Shown in pieces: positions 11,398 to 21,938 of a stretch of DNA of 64,000 nucleotides. Made by a program: the position numbers and the translations under genes. The notes below the pieces were generated by a model. The model saw only the letters and a program-made list of their open reading frames with translations, had not been told where the DNA came from and ran no database searches. Source of the stretch: an uncultured Bacteroidales bacterium (GTDB lineage: Bacteria; Bacteroidota; Bacteroidia; Bacteroidales; VadinHA17); NCBI GenBank assembly GCA_963747625.1, contig CAVVGP010000065.1, forward strand, positions 3,311-67,310, in the 5' to 3' direction. The first letter of the stretch is position 1, and each line of letters opens with the position of its first letter.

Positions 11398-11492
11398 GTC
11401 TTTTAGATGTTTTGTACTTTGAACCAGCGAATTACCCCCCCATTAGAGCCTTCCCTGAACGAAGTGAAGAGCGGATAGGGGGGCAAAGATCT

Positions 11493-12014
11493 TCAGATCA
11501 ACCTAGAAATCTCATTTTTTACATAATCTATGGCGGCCCGTGTGGGCTCCTTCTCGAGTTCCATTATTTTTTCAAGAAGACTTTTACTGAATAACATACC
11601 TGATGAATCGGGAGGCAGCTTTTCAGCTTCGCTGTTGATTATCTTGATCATGTTTGAGCGCGCATTTCTGACAACTTCCCAGGCTTGTTGGCTCATATAG
11701 ATCTGTTGAGAGAGGTTATGTTCAAATTCACTTCTGATAGTATTAAGCATTGCTGAATGAAGCTGTGAAGCTGTCATATCTGGTGTGCTCACCCTTACCA
11801 GCAGCGATTCGAGTGATATTCTTTCCAGGAACAGTACAATCCTTTCGTATGCCTGAAGTCTTATTGGAGTTATTGTACGGTTGTTTTGTAATATAAGCTC
11901 CTGCCTTCTCTTATCCTGGTCATTTTTTATCAAATTTCTGAGAAGTACCCATGCCGTGAAGAAAACAATAAGTGCAGGGATCGTGATTTTCAAAATATCT
12001 GACAGTGCTTCCAT
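11493..12014 (-). CDS. Hypothetical membrane-anchored protein
   Basis: Intact 173-aa ORF with one N-terminal TM segment (ITIPALIVFFTAWVLL). I recognise no motif. Confidence 0.55.
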   Translation of the reverse strand: MEALSDILKITIPALIVFFTAWVLLRNLIKNDQDKRRQELILQNNRTITPIRLQAYERIVLFLERISLESLLVRVSTPDMTASQLHSAMLNTIRSEFEHNLSQQIYMSQQAWEVVRNARSNMIKIINSEAEKLPPDSSGMLFSKSLLEKIMELEKEPTRAAIDYVKNEISRLI

Positions 12015-12136
12015 TATTCTAGTTAATTAGATTTATCTACAAACTTAAGTTATTCTTTTTATTTTCAAACATTATTGTTTTCATGCTGAAAAGAGGTATT
12101 TGTCACTTTACAGATATTAATTATTCCTTTTTGTTA

Positions 12137-12210
12137 CTTTGTGCGGCCCTTAGCGATCATTTGCGGTAAATTTTTTCTAACCACTAAGGAACTCTAAGGT
12201 ATTCACAAAG
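12137..12210. repeat. Imperfect palindromic intergenic element with CTTTGTG...GGTAAA...CACAAAG ends (copy 1 of a dispersed family)
   Basis: CTTTGTGCGGCCCTTAGCGATCATTTGCGGTAAA, then AACCACTAAGGAACTCTAAGGTATTCACAAAG. The second half is an approximate reverse complement of the first. Related copies are at 24325..24403 and 38381..38446. Confidence 0.5.
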
Positions 12211-12308
12211 TTAAAATAAAGAATTGAGACAATTCTTTATTCAGTATTTCAATTTTAGTTCATACTTTTAATGGGTCTTTTTTAAGTTGTCACTTAATAT
12301 ATTTAAGT

Positions 12309-13506
12309 ATGGAATATCTATCCGACAGAGTTAAATCATTATCCGTTTCCCAGACACTTGCGATGGCTCAGAAGAGCAGGGAATTAAAGGCAAAGGGAAT
12401 TGATGTAATAAGTCTGAGCCTTGGTGAACCTGATTTTAATACTCCTGATTACATAAAAGAAGCCGCTAAGAAGGCCATTGACGAGAATTATTCCAAATAT
12501 CCTCCTGTACCCGGTTATACAGATTTGCGGGAGGCAATTTCAAAGAAATTCAAAGATGAGAACGGAATTAATTATTCTCCCGATCAGGTAATTGTCTCAG
12601 CAGGAGGAAAGCATTCACTTATAAATGTCACATTATCAATTGTCAATCCCGGAGATGAAGTAATCATTCTTGCACCTTACTGGGTAAGCTATTATGACCA
12701 GATAATAATTGCTGAAGGAAAACCGGTAATAATTGAAGCTAAGCTGGAGAATGATTTCAAAATCAGACCTGAACAGCTTGAGGCTGCAATAACAAGCCAA
12801 GACCAGGTTAATTATATTCAATTCTCCATCAAATCCGACAGGGATGGTTTACAATCGTAAAGAGATGGAGAGTATTGCCAGGGTTGTTGAAAAGCATGAA
12901 GGAGTATTCATGATTTCTGATGAGATTTATGAGCATATTATTTTCACCGGGGAGCATGTAAGTATGGCCTCTTTTGATTTTATATACGACAGGGTAATAA
13001 CTGTCAACGGAGTGTCAAAAGGATATGCTATGACCGGCTGGAGAATAGGATATATTGGCGCCCCGTTATGGATAGCTAATGCATGCAATAAATTACAGGG
13101 TCAGTTCACATCGGGTGTATGTTCAATAGCCCAGCGTGCAGCACTCGCTGCCATACAGGGTAAGGGAGATTCCAGACAGATAATGAAAGAGGCATTTCTT
13201 CGCCGTCGTGATCTGATCTGCGGACTTTTGAAAGAGGTAAAAGGAATTAAAGTCAGAATTCCGCAGGGAGCCTTTTATGTGATGCCCGATATTAGTTACT
13301 ATTTCGGTAAATCGGATGGGGAAACCAAAATTACCAACTCAGAGGAGCTTGCACTCTATTTACTTGATAAAGCGCGGGTTGCAACAGTGGGCGGAGATGC
13401 TTTCGGAGCGCCGGAATGTCTGAGAATTTCATATGCAACTTCAGATGATCTGCTGATTGAGGCCGTAAAACGAATAAAGGCAGCTCTGAGAAAAACTGGA
13501 AGATAA
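12309..13506 (+). pseudogene. Class-I PLP aspartate/aromatic aminotransferase (AspC-like), single frameshift
   Basis: ORFs 12309..12860 and 12844..13506 are colinear. Around 12805-12830 the adjacent frame restores the family motif KTRLIIFNSPSNPTGMVYNRKEME. The Lys motif region is SKGYAMTGWRIGY. Confidence 0.85.
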
Positions 13507-13606
13507 TCCAATCAACCGCCTTGTGAGTGCTGATACTTGATTAAGAACTATTTTTTCTCGATGTAAGATGAATTAACCGCCCATAGAGTGAAAGGAAGGT
13601 ATAATA

Positions 13607-14158
13607 CTAATATTTATTATAAGATACAGTCTCTTCTGCTGGTTTCCTCCTTTTTTCCCGCTGTTCACTAAGAGAATATCCCAATGTAATAATCAGCTCA
13701 ACCCGTTTTGATTTTGGGATAGAAAGCAGCTTTTTTATAAGCTTTTCATCAAACCAGCCAATAATGCAGGATCCTATTCCTTCCGCTTTTGCCTGCAGGC
13801 AGAGATTTTCAGTTGCAATACCTATATCAATAAGAGAATAATCCTTATTTTTAATAGTTGCCCCGACTTTGGAAGACATGTTTGGTCTTTCTCTGACTAT
13901 TACCAAAATGACAGGTGCCTGTGCAACAAAACTATTCATCCCGATCAGTTTTGCCGAAGCCGCATCTGCAATTTTCAAAACAAGGTCACGGTCTGTTACC
14001 ACGATGAATTTCCATGGTTGTGAGTTGCATGCAGAAGGAGCCATTCTGCCGGCTTCAATTATTCTGTCAAGTTTTTCCTTCTCAACAGGTTTGTCACTGT
14101 ATTTTCTGTCGCTCTGGCGGCTGATAATAAGATCCAGGGCGCTTTTTCCATCAATCAT
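13607..14158 (-). CDS. Nitroreductase-family protein
   Basis: Intact 183-aa ORF. RQSDRKYSDKPV...APSACNSQPWKFIVV is the typical nitroreductase N-terminal motif. Confidence 0.85.
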   Translation of the reverse strand: MIDGKSALDLIISRQSDRKYSDKPVEKEKLDRIIEAGRMAPSACNSQPWKFIVVTDRDLVLKIADAASAKLIGMNSFVAQAPVILVIVRERPNMSSKVGATIKNKDYSLIDIGIATENLCLQAKAEGIGSCIIGWFDEKLIKKLLSIPKSKRVELIITLGYSLSEQREKRRKPAEETVSYNKY

Positions 14159-14160
14159 TA

Positions 14161-14739
14161 TTAATAATTATTTGGTAAGAGCTCAAAATATGCCTCAGGG
14201 TGCAGACAGGCAGGACAATTTTTAAGAGGCTTTGTACCAAAATGTATATAACCGCATTTTCTGCAGTACCAGAAAACCTTTTCATCACGCTGGAATACTT
14301 TATCCTGCATCACATTTTCAAGCAATTTTCTGTACCTTTCTTCATGACCCTTCTCAGCCTGGGCAATAGCCTTGAATGCTGTTGAGATGTTTTTAAATCC
14401 CTCTTTTTCTGCTGTCTCGGCAAAAGCAGGATAGAGTTTGCTCCATTCTTCATTTTCGCCTTCTGCTGCAGCAAACAGATTATCTTTTGTAGTTCCTGTT
14501 TTCCCTGCAGGATAAGAGGCAGTTATTTCTAACATCCCGCCTTCAAGAAACCCGAAGAATCTTTTGGCATGTTGTTGTTCCTGTAATGCTGTTGCCAGGA
14601 AAATTCCGGAAATCTGTTCATAACCTTCTTCTTTTGCAACCTTTGCTGCAAATTCATATCTGTTTTTTGCCTGAGATTCTCCGGCGAAAGCCTTCAGCAG
14701 ATTTTGTTCTGTTTTTGTTCCTTTTAAACTCTTTTCCAT
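14161..14739 (-). CDS. rbr: Rubrerythrin
   Basis: The sequence [28 protein letters not shown], then EQQHAKRF, then EKGHEERY is the diiron four-helix motif set. C-terminal CRKCGY...CPAC is the rubredoxin-like centre. I chose the start at the internal ATG (14737..14739), not the 19-codon upstream extension in the track. Confidence 0.9.
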   Translation of the reverse strand: MEKSLKGTKTEQNLLKAFAGESQAKNRYEFAAKVAKEEGYEQISGIFLATALQEQQHAKRFFGFLEGGMLEITASYPAGKTGTTKDNLFAAAEGENEEWSKLYPAFAETAEKEGFKNISTAFKAIAQAEKGHEERYRKLLENVMQDKVFQRDEKVFWYCRKCGYIHFGTKPLKNCPACLHPEAYFELLPNNY

Positions 14740-14882
14740 ATTACATAACTTTATTAAATTTATAATTCGTAATCTCAAAAATGATAAAAGCTGCAAGTTA
14801 ATTATAGTAAAATTAACTATCTTTATTTTAAAATAAATTCTGTTTCAAAATTGGATAAAAATTAATTTAAATAAATACTAAA

Positions 14883-15443
14883 ATGATAATTGTACTATTT
14901 TTTCTGGCAATAATTTTGCTTTTTGTCCTGATGGCTGTTTCATTGTATAACAGGCTTGTCAGGCTGAGAAATAACCGTGAGCAGGCATTTGCTGACGTTG
15001 ATGTTCAGCTGAAACAAAGGCATGATCTTATACCTCAGCTGGTTGATTCGGTAAAAGGCTATATGGGACACGAAAGAGGTGTCCTCACAGATATTACTGA
15101 GGCACGTTCTAATGCTATGAAGGCTACTACTATAAATGATAAGATTGCAGCTGAAAACAAGTTATCTGCTGCACTTGAAGGATTGAAAGTGTCGGTGGAA
15201 GCATATCCCGATCTTAAAGCAAGCCAGAATTTCATGGAACTCCAGAATGAGATCGCCGATATAGAGAACAAGATAGCTGCTGCACGCAGGTTCTTTAACT
15301 CGGCTACGAAAGAGCTTAATGTTGCCACTGAATTGTTCCCCTCCAACCTGATAGCCACCCTCTTTAATTTCAAACGCGAACCGATGTTTGAACTAGGTGA
15401 TCAGCGGGCTGAAGCAGAACAACCTCCTAAAATCCAGTTCTGA
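14883..15443 (+). CDS. lemA: LemA-family membrane protein
   Basis: Intact 186-aa ORF with an N-terminal TM. YNRLVRLRN...DVQLKQRHDLIPQLV...AENKLS is typical of LemA. Confidence 0.85.
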   Translation: MIIVLFFLAIILLFVLMAVSLYNRLVRLRNNREQAFADVDVQLKQRHDLIPQLVDSVKGYMGHERGVLTDITEARSNAMKATTINDKIAAENKLSAALEGLKVSVEAYPDLKASQNFMELQNEIADIENKIAAARRFFNSATKELNVATELFPSNLIATLFNFKREPMFELGDQRAEAEQPPKIQF

Positions 15444-15447
15444 CGAA

Positions 15448-16390
15448 ATGAAATATTTTGGTTTACAGAGCCAGATATGGAGGAATAATACTAATTCGGT
15501 GCTGATACTGGTTATGTTCCCTGTTGTCTTTTTTGCGCTGACATGGCTCTTTTTTTTTCTTATTATACATGAACGGGGAAGCACACAGAACAATCAGCCA
15601 GGTAAACCAGAGCTTTCTGATGACAGCTCCGTTTATTATAGTTGGTGTGGTTATCTGGTTTACAATAGCCTGGTTTTCTCATACAGCTATGATTGACTCG
15701 GCAACCGATTCAAAACCCCTCTCAAGAAATGAAAATAAAAGGGTATATAACCTGGTTGAGAATCTGTGTATTGCTACCGGTATGACAACACCAAAAATCA
15801 ATGTAATAGACGATGATTCATTAAATGCCTTTGCCAGTGGGATCAACCAGAAAACTTTTTCTATATCACTTTCAAAGGGCATAATAGAAAAGCTGAATGA
15901 TGAAGAACTTGAAGCTGTAATTGCTCATGAACTGACTCATATAAGGAACAGGGATGTCAGATTACTTATCATCTCTATTATATTTGTCGGGATATTCGCA
16001 TTTATTTCACAGGCAATATTCAGATCAATGCAATTTGGAAGGATAGGGAGAGGTAAAAAAGATGGGGGGACTGCAATAATTATTGCTCTTTTGCTTGCTG
16101 TAGTAGGTTATTTAATCTCGATGCTTTTCAGGTTTGCTTTATCGAGGAAGCGGGAGTATCTGGCAGATGCAGGTTCGGCGGAAATAACCAGGAGACCACT
16201 TGCTCTTGCATCAGCTCTCAGGAAGATATCTGTTGATCCAACGATTGAAGCTGTGAAAAGAAAAGATATTGCCCAGATGTTTATTGAGAATCCGCAGGTT
16301 AAAGAGGGAAAATCATCATTCTCTATTTCTTCTTTATTTGCAACACATCCGCCGATAAGCAAAAGAATTCAACTGCTGGAACAATTCTGA
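15448..16390 (+). pseudogene. M48-family (HtpX-like) zinc metallopeptidase downstream of lemA, frameshift at a T9 run
   Basis: ATG at 15448 gives MKYFGLQSQIWRNNTNSVLILVMFPVVFFALTWLFFF. The frame changes at T-run 15550-15558 into ORF 15569..16390, which carries HELTHIRNRD (the HExxH motif). Confidence 0.85.
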
Positions 16391-17102
16391 CAGTAAAACG
16401 GCTAAATGGATCTGCCACATAGCCTAATCCATTTATGATATGCCTCTTTCCGTCTTTAGGTTTTAGAATCTTGAGTCTTTTTTTGAACTTCAGCAGCTTT
16501 TTCTCTTCTCCTCTCCATAATCTTCCAATGTTTTTCCTGTGTGTTACCAGAAGAGTAACTCCCACAAGCACAGAAAATATTTTGAATAAAACAGAAGGTG
16601 TATCAAAGAACAAAAAAAGAAAAAGAGGGAAAGATATTCCAGCTGCCATCGACGATACCGATACAATTCCTGTAGTAAATAAAACAGCAAGAAATATCCC
16701 CATGATGCACAGAGTGAGAAGAGGTTGCAAAGCCAGGAAAACTCCAAAAACTGTAGCAACTCCTTTGCCGCCCCTGAATCCGGCAAAAACAGGGAAGATA
16801 TGACCTACAATTGCAACTATTCCTGCCATCAGCTGAAGATTTATCATTAGTGAACCGGGGTCAGTCAGATGAAAGAAAACCGGTAGCATTGTTGCGAGCC
16901 AGCCCTTGGCAATATCGATAATCAGCACCGGAATACCGGTTACCCACCCAAGTACCCTTATAGTGTTTGTAGTACCTGCATTTCCGCTTCCATGTTCCCT
17001 GACATCAATGTTGTGAAAGCGCTTCCCTATCCAAACAGCCGACGGTATTGAACCAAGCAGGTAAGAAAGAATAAAAGCAATTACTGCATTCAGGATATTC
17101 AT
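16323..17102 (-). CDS. plsY: Glycerol-3-phosphate acyltransferase PlsY, with an atypical C-terminal extension of about 45 aa
   Basis: LLGSIPSAVWIGK...HGSGNAGTTN...FAGFRGGKGVAT are PlsY motifs. The last ~45 aa overlap the convergent M48 gene by 68 nt. Removing one base from the A7 run (T7 at 16478-16484 on the + strand) would give ...KFKKDSRF followed by a stop near 16463, a typical PlsY length. Confidence 0.85.
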   Translation of the reverse strand: MNILNAVIAFILSYLLGSIPSAVWIGKRFHNIDVREHGSGNAGTTNTIRVLGWVTGIPVLIIDIAKGWLATMLPVFFHLTDPGSLMINLQLMAGIVAIVGHIFPVFAGFRGGKGVATVFGVFLALQPLLTLCIMGIFLAVLFTTGIVSVSSMAAGISFPLFLFLFFDTPSVLFKIFSVLVGVTLLVTHRKNIGRLWRGEEKKLLKFKKRLKILKPKDGKRHIINGLGYVADPFSRFTVRIVPAVEFFCLSADVLQIKKK

Positions 17103-17155
17103 TCTTTAAATTATTCAGAAGGCAAATATAATAATTTAATCAAACCTCATTTCAA

Positions 17156-18775
17156 TCAGATTCTGGGACCTGCATTTATCAGTTTTGCAGCCTCTTTGTT
17201 TGAAGTAAATTTGCTGAAATTATTAATGAACTTCAGGGCCAGGTCAGTAGCTGCAATACGCCATTTATCTTCTGAGAACCATCCCTTTGCAGGATCAAGA
17301 ATGGTCTCATCAACGCCTTGAATTTTTGTAGGTATATCCAGATTGAATACAGGAAGCGTGAAGAAATCACAATCCGTTAATGAGTCATTCAGGATGGCAT
17401 TTACTATATGCCTGGTGACCGGGAGATCAATGCGTTTGCCTGTTCCGTAAGGGCCTTCCATCCAGCCTGTATTTACAAGCCAGGCTTCTGCACCATGCAT
17501 TTTCATTTTTCTTATAAGCTCGTTGGCATATATAATGGGATCGAGCATAAGAAAAGTGGCACCGAAACAAGCTGAGAAAGAGGGTACAGGTTCAACAATT
17601 CCTCTTTCGGTACCTGCAACTTTTGCTGTATATCCGCTGAGAAAATAATATCTTGTCTGTTCCTCATTAAGACGGCATACCGGTGGCAGAACTCCAAATG
17701 CATCTGCGGTAAGAAAAATAACTTTTTTAGCATGTCCGGCTTTTGAAACAGGTTTTACTATATTATTAATATGGTATATGGGATAGGCAACCCTGGTATT
17801 TTCAGTTTTTGAACTGTCGTTAAAGTCAATGGTGCCATCAGATAAAATTACCAGGTTCTCAAGAAGAGCATCTCTTTTTATTGCATTGTAAATATCTGGT
17901 TCGTTCTCCTTGTTCAACTTGATACATTTAGCATAACAACCTCCTTCAAAATTGAAAACGCCATCATCATCCCAGCCATGTTCATCATCACCCACAAGAG
18001 CTCTTTCAGGGTCTACCGACAGAGTTGTTTTCCCTGTTCCGGATAGTCCGAAGAATATTGCTGTATCCCCTTTTTTGCCTACATTCGCAGAACAGTGCAT
18101 AGAGGCTATTCCCCTGAGAGGCAGGTAGTAATTCATGACAGAAAAGATCCCTTTCTTCATTTCACCTCCATACCATGTTCCTCCTATAATTAACATTCCT
18201 TCAGTGAGGTTGAAGAAGACAAAATTTTCTGAATTGAGACCCTCCTTCTGCCAGTCGGGATTTTTGGCTTTTGAAGCATTAAGTACGACAAAATCAGGCT
18301 TAAAATTTTCAAGCTCTTCAGGTTCCGGTCTGATAAACATATTTTTCACAAAATGAGCCTGCCAGGCAACTTCGAGAACAAATCTCACACATAATCGTGT
18401 ATTTTTATTTGCGCCGCAAAAACAATCAATAACATAAAGTTTCTTCCCGGATAATTGTTTCGAAGCTATATTTTTACAGTGGTACCAGATTTCATCCGAA
18501 ATAGGTTTATTGTCCGAAACTTTTACTCTTTCAGATCTCCACCAGACAGTATCCCTGGTTTTATCATCCAGTACAACATACTTGTCTTTTGGAGAACGTC
18601 CGGTAAAAACACCAGTATCAATAGCAATTGCCCCTGTCCTTGTTATATTCCCCTTTTCATAACCCTCTAATCCTGGTTTAGTCTCTTCAGCAAATATGAC
18701 ATTATATGATGGATTATATAAAATTTCTTTTATATCCTCAATACCATAAGCAGTTAATTCCTGTGGATCAATCAT
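17156..18775 (-). CDS. pckA: Phosphoenolpyruvate carboxykinase (ATP)
   Basis: Intact 539-aa ORF with the kinase-1a motif [13 protein letters not shown] and typical PckA N- and C-terminal sequence. Confidence 0.95.
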   Translation of the reverse strand: MIDPQELTAYGIEDIKEILYNPSYNVIFAEETKPGLEGYEKGNITRTGAIAIDTGVFTGRSPKDKYVVLDDKTRDTVWWRSERVKVSDNKPISDEIWYHCKNIASKQLSGKKLYVIDCFCGANKNTRLCVRFVLEVAWQAHFVKNMFIRPEPEELENFKPDFVVLNASKAKNPDWQKEGLNSENFVFFNLTEGMLIIGGTWYGGEMKKGIFSVMNYYLPLRGIASMHCSANVGKKGDTAIFFGLSGTGKTTLSVDPERALVGDDEHGWDDDGVFNFEGGCYAKCIKLNKENEPDIYNAIKRDALLENLVILSDGTIDFNDSSKTENTRVAYPIYHINNIVKPVSKAGHAKKVIFLTADAFGVLPPVCRLNEEQTRYYFLSGYTAKVAGTERGIVEPVPSFSACFGATFLMLDPIIYANELIRKMKMHGAEAWLVNTGWMEGPYGTGKRIDLPVTRHIVNAILNDSLTDCDFFTLPVFNLDIPTKIQGVDETILDPAKGWFSEDKWRIAATDLALKFINNFSKFTSNKEAAKLINAGPRI

Positions 18776-18973
18776 TTTTTAAAAATGGTTTTAATATCAA
18801 TATATTGTTAGATAACAAAGTATTAGCTTTTATGATCACGAAATATAGTTCATTTTTTTTATTATTATCCTAATAGCATATAGGGTATATATCATTTCAA
18901 AGGTCATATTAAAGTAAGTTAGAAGGATTCAGTGTATTACTAGAGGTTTGATCAGTCAGTCATGAAAAGAAGA

Positions 18974-19002
18974 AATAGGGACATGCACGGCATGTCCCTA
19001 TT
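18974..19002 (-). terminator. Strong hairpin terminator downstream of ppdK
   Basis: AATAGGGACATGC (18974-86), loop ACG, GCATGTCCCTATT (18990-19002) form a perfect 13-bp stem. On the minus strand it is followed by TTCTTCTTTT and sits 25 nt after the corrected ppdK stop. Confidence 0.7.
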
Positions 19003-19026
19003 CCATTTTAATATCAGAAAATCAGT

Positions 19027-21760
19027 TTATTTACCGAATTTGATCGAAGCCTGGGCAGCTGCAAGTCTTGCAATCGGAACCCTGAATGGAGAGCAGCTGA
19101 CGTATGTCAAGACCTGTTTTGAAACAGAACTCAACAGAAGCCGGGTCACCACCCTGTTCCCCGCAGATACCTACCTTAAGATCGGGCCTGGTAGTACGGC
19201 CTTTTTCAACCGACATTTTAATAAGCTGGCCTACACCATCCTGATCAATAGTCTGGAACGGATCAGCAGTCAAAATCTTTTTGTCGAGATAATCGTGAAG
19301 AAATCCTCCTGTATCATCACGGCTGAAATCCGAAAGTCATCTGTGTAAGGTCGTTGGTTCCGAATGAGAAGAATTCAGCACTTCTTGCCATACGGTCAGA
19401 AAGAAGACATGCACGCGGTATTTCTATCATTGTACCATATTTGTAATCAATTGATTTCACACCGAATTTTTTGCAAACTTCATCATATACTTTGTCAACA
19501 ACCTTTTTGGTAAAGTCCAAGTTCAGCAACTTCGCATGTAACAGGAACCATTAATTCCGGATGAGGTTTTTTTCCTTCTTTAATAAGTTCAAGCGCAGAC
19601 TCAAATATAGCCCGAACCTGCATCTCAGTATATCTCAGGGAATGTTATACCAAGTCGTACACCGCGGTGACCCATCATCGGGTTTGATTCATGCAGGGCT
19701 TCACCGCGTTTTGCAACATCTTCTTTTTTAATACCAAGTGCTTTTGCAAGTTCTTCCTGCTTTTCTGCACCCTGTGGTACAAACTCATGGAGAGGGGATC
19801 GAGAAGCCTGAATGTGACAGGCAGTCCATCCATTGCTGCCATTGTGGCTTTCATGTCTTTTTTGACATGTGAAAAAAGTTCGTCAAGAGCTTTACGGCGT
19901 TCTGTTTCATTCGCACTGAGTATCATTTTGCGGAGAAGAAACAGCGGTTCTTCCGAACCTTTTCCATAAAACATATGTTCTGTACGGAAAAGGCCGATAC
20001 CTTCAGCGCCATAATTGCGAGCAATGATAGCATCTTCAGGTGTTTCGGCATTTGTTCTAACACCCATTTTGCGATACTTATCGACAATTGTCATAAATTC
20101 TTTAAAACGTGGGTTTTCAGTAGCATCCATAAGATTTAAGCTGCACCGGTATAAACATTTCCTTTTGTACCGTTAAGAGTAAGCAGATCACCTTCTTTAA
20201 TGATAATGTCTGAGCCGGTAATTTTTGCTATCTTTTTTGATGCGTCGACATGAAGGGCACCTGCACCAACAATACAGCATTTACCCCAGCCGCGGGCAAC
20301 CAGTGCAGCATGAGATGTCATCCCACCGCGGGCAGTAAGAATACCTTCAGCAGCACGCATTCCTTCAACATCTTCAGGGTTGGTTTCTTCGCGCACAAGA
20401 ATAACTTTTTCACCTTTGCGGAACCATGCAACAGCATCTTCGGCATTGAAAACAACTTTTCCGACAGCGGCTCCCGGTCCTGCCGGTAAGCCTTTTACAG
20501 ACAGTTTTAACTTTATTTTCAGCAGCAGGATCACATATCGGATGAAGAAGCTCATCAAGCTGTGCAGGATCAACTCGCATCACAACTGTCTTCTCGTCGA
20601 TCAGTTCTTCATGAAGCATATCCATTGCCATATTAAGTGCAGCAGTACCTGTCCTTTTACCTGTACGGCACTGTAGCATATACAGTGTACCTTCCTGAAT
20701 CGTGAATTCGATATCAAGCATATCGTGGAACGATTTTTCCAAGTATATTACGGATATTGCAAAGCTCCTTATATGTTTGCGGCATTGCCTCCTGCATGCT
20801 GTGGAGATGCTGGTTCTGTTCGTTTTTTGTGTCATCATTCAGCGGACTTGGTGTCCTTATCCCGGCGACAACATCTTCACCCTGGGCATTTACAAGCCAC
20901 TCTCCATAGAAAAGATTTTCGCCGGTAGCAGGGTTACGGGTAAAAGCAACACCGGTAGCTGAAGTATCACCCATATTACCAAATACCATAGCCTGTACAT
21001 TCACTGCTGTACCCCAGTCATCAGGAATACCTTCGATACGCCTATATGAAACAGCTTTCTTCCCGTTCCAGCTTTTAAACACGGCTTTAATCCCACCTTC
21101 AAGCTGTTCTTTTGCATCATCAGGGAAAGGTTTTCCAAGAGCCTTTTTTACAATATTCTTGAACTCTTCAGAAAGATATTTAAGTTCATCAGCTTTGATT
21201 TCCGTATCGGATTTATATCCTTTTTGTTTTTTAAACTCATCAAGCTTCTCATCAAGCTGTTTACGAATTCCTTTTCCTTCACCCGGATCAATACCTTCTG
21301 CTTTCTCCATAACAACATCAGCATACATCATAATCAGACGACGGTATGAATCCCATACAAAACGGGGATTGTTCGTTTTCTTAAGGAAACCAGGTATTGT
21401 TGCAGAACTGAGACCAATATTAAGGACCGTATCCATCATACCCGGCATTGAACTGCGGGCACCTGAACGACATGATACCAGCAATGCATTTTCCGGATCA
21501 CCAAACTTCATGTTCATAGCTTCTTCTGTCTTCTTCATAGCAGCCCATACTTCAGGCATAAGTTCCGGAGGAAGATTACAATCGTTCTTATAATACTCAT
21601 TACAAGCTTCAGTTGTGATTGTAAAACCAGCTGGTACCGGCAGCCCAAGCAGACACATTTCTGCAAGGTTAGCACCTTTACCTCCCAGGAGGTTTTTCAT
21701 GTCGGCTTTACCTTCAGCAGTTTTATTTCCGAAGGAGTAAACTCTTTTAACGTTTGACAT
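19027..21760 (-). pseudogene. ppdK: Pyruvate, phosphate dikinase, frame broken at least 6 times
   Basis: Pieces 20714..21760, 20410..20838, 20136..20573, 19675..20130, 19317..19529 and 19031..19273 are colinear with a roughly 905-aa PPDK (GGKGANLAEM; [19 protein letters not shown]; [10 protein letters not shown]). The last 25 codons read [24 protein letters not shown] in a further frame, with stop at 19027..19029. Total length is not a multiple of 3. Confidence 0.9.
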
Positions 21761-21853
21761 AGTTTTATTAATTTGAGATAAATATAAATTATTGATTTTT
21801 GCAAAATAAGTCGCAAAGTTAATATTTAAAATTGAATTTTAAAACGTGCTTTT

Positions 21854-21891
21854 CTCTGTGGCTCTCTGTGTCTCCTCTGTGCGACTCTGTG
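21854..21891. repeat. Four direct copies of CTCTGTG spaced 10, 11 and 10 bp apart, upstream of ppdK
   Basis: Copies are at 21854-60, 21864-70, 21875-81 and 21885-91. They lie 94-131 nt upstream of the ppdK start codon on the minus strand. Confidence 0.7.
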
Positions 21892-21900
21892 TGATTTTTT

Positions 21901-21933
21901 GCCCCCCGTCCCCCCTAAAGAGGGGTGGGGGGC
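21901..21933 (-). terminator. GC-rich hairpin immediately 3' of the permease gene
   Basis: GCCCCCC(21901-07) pairs with GGGGGGC(21927-33), and inner CCCC(21912-15) pairs with GGGG(22-25). It begins 6 nt after the stop of 21939..23216. There is no clear U-tract on the minus strand. Confidence 0.4.
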
Positions 21934-21938
21934 AAGTT

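Noticed and set aside
11412-11594. A 60-aa ORF across the htpG downstream spacer
   Set aside because: It is translated through GC-rich hairpin repeats and into the antisense of gene 11493..12014, so it is a non-coding structure rather than a gene.
16435-16803. A 122-aa ORF on the plus strand rich in Lys/Arg
   Set aside because: It is fully antisense to plsY, which has clear family motifs, and has no start context or motif of its own.
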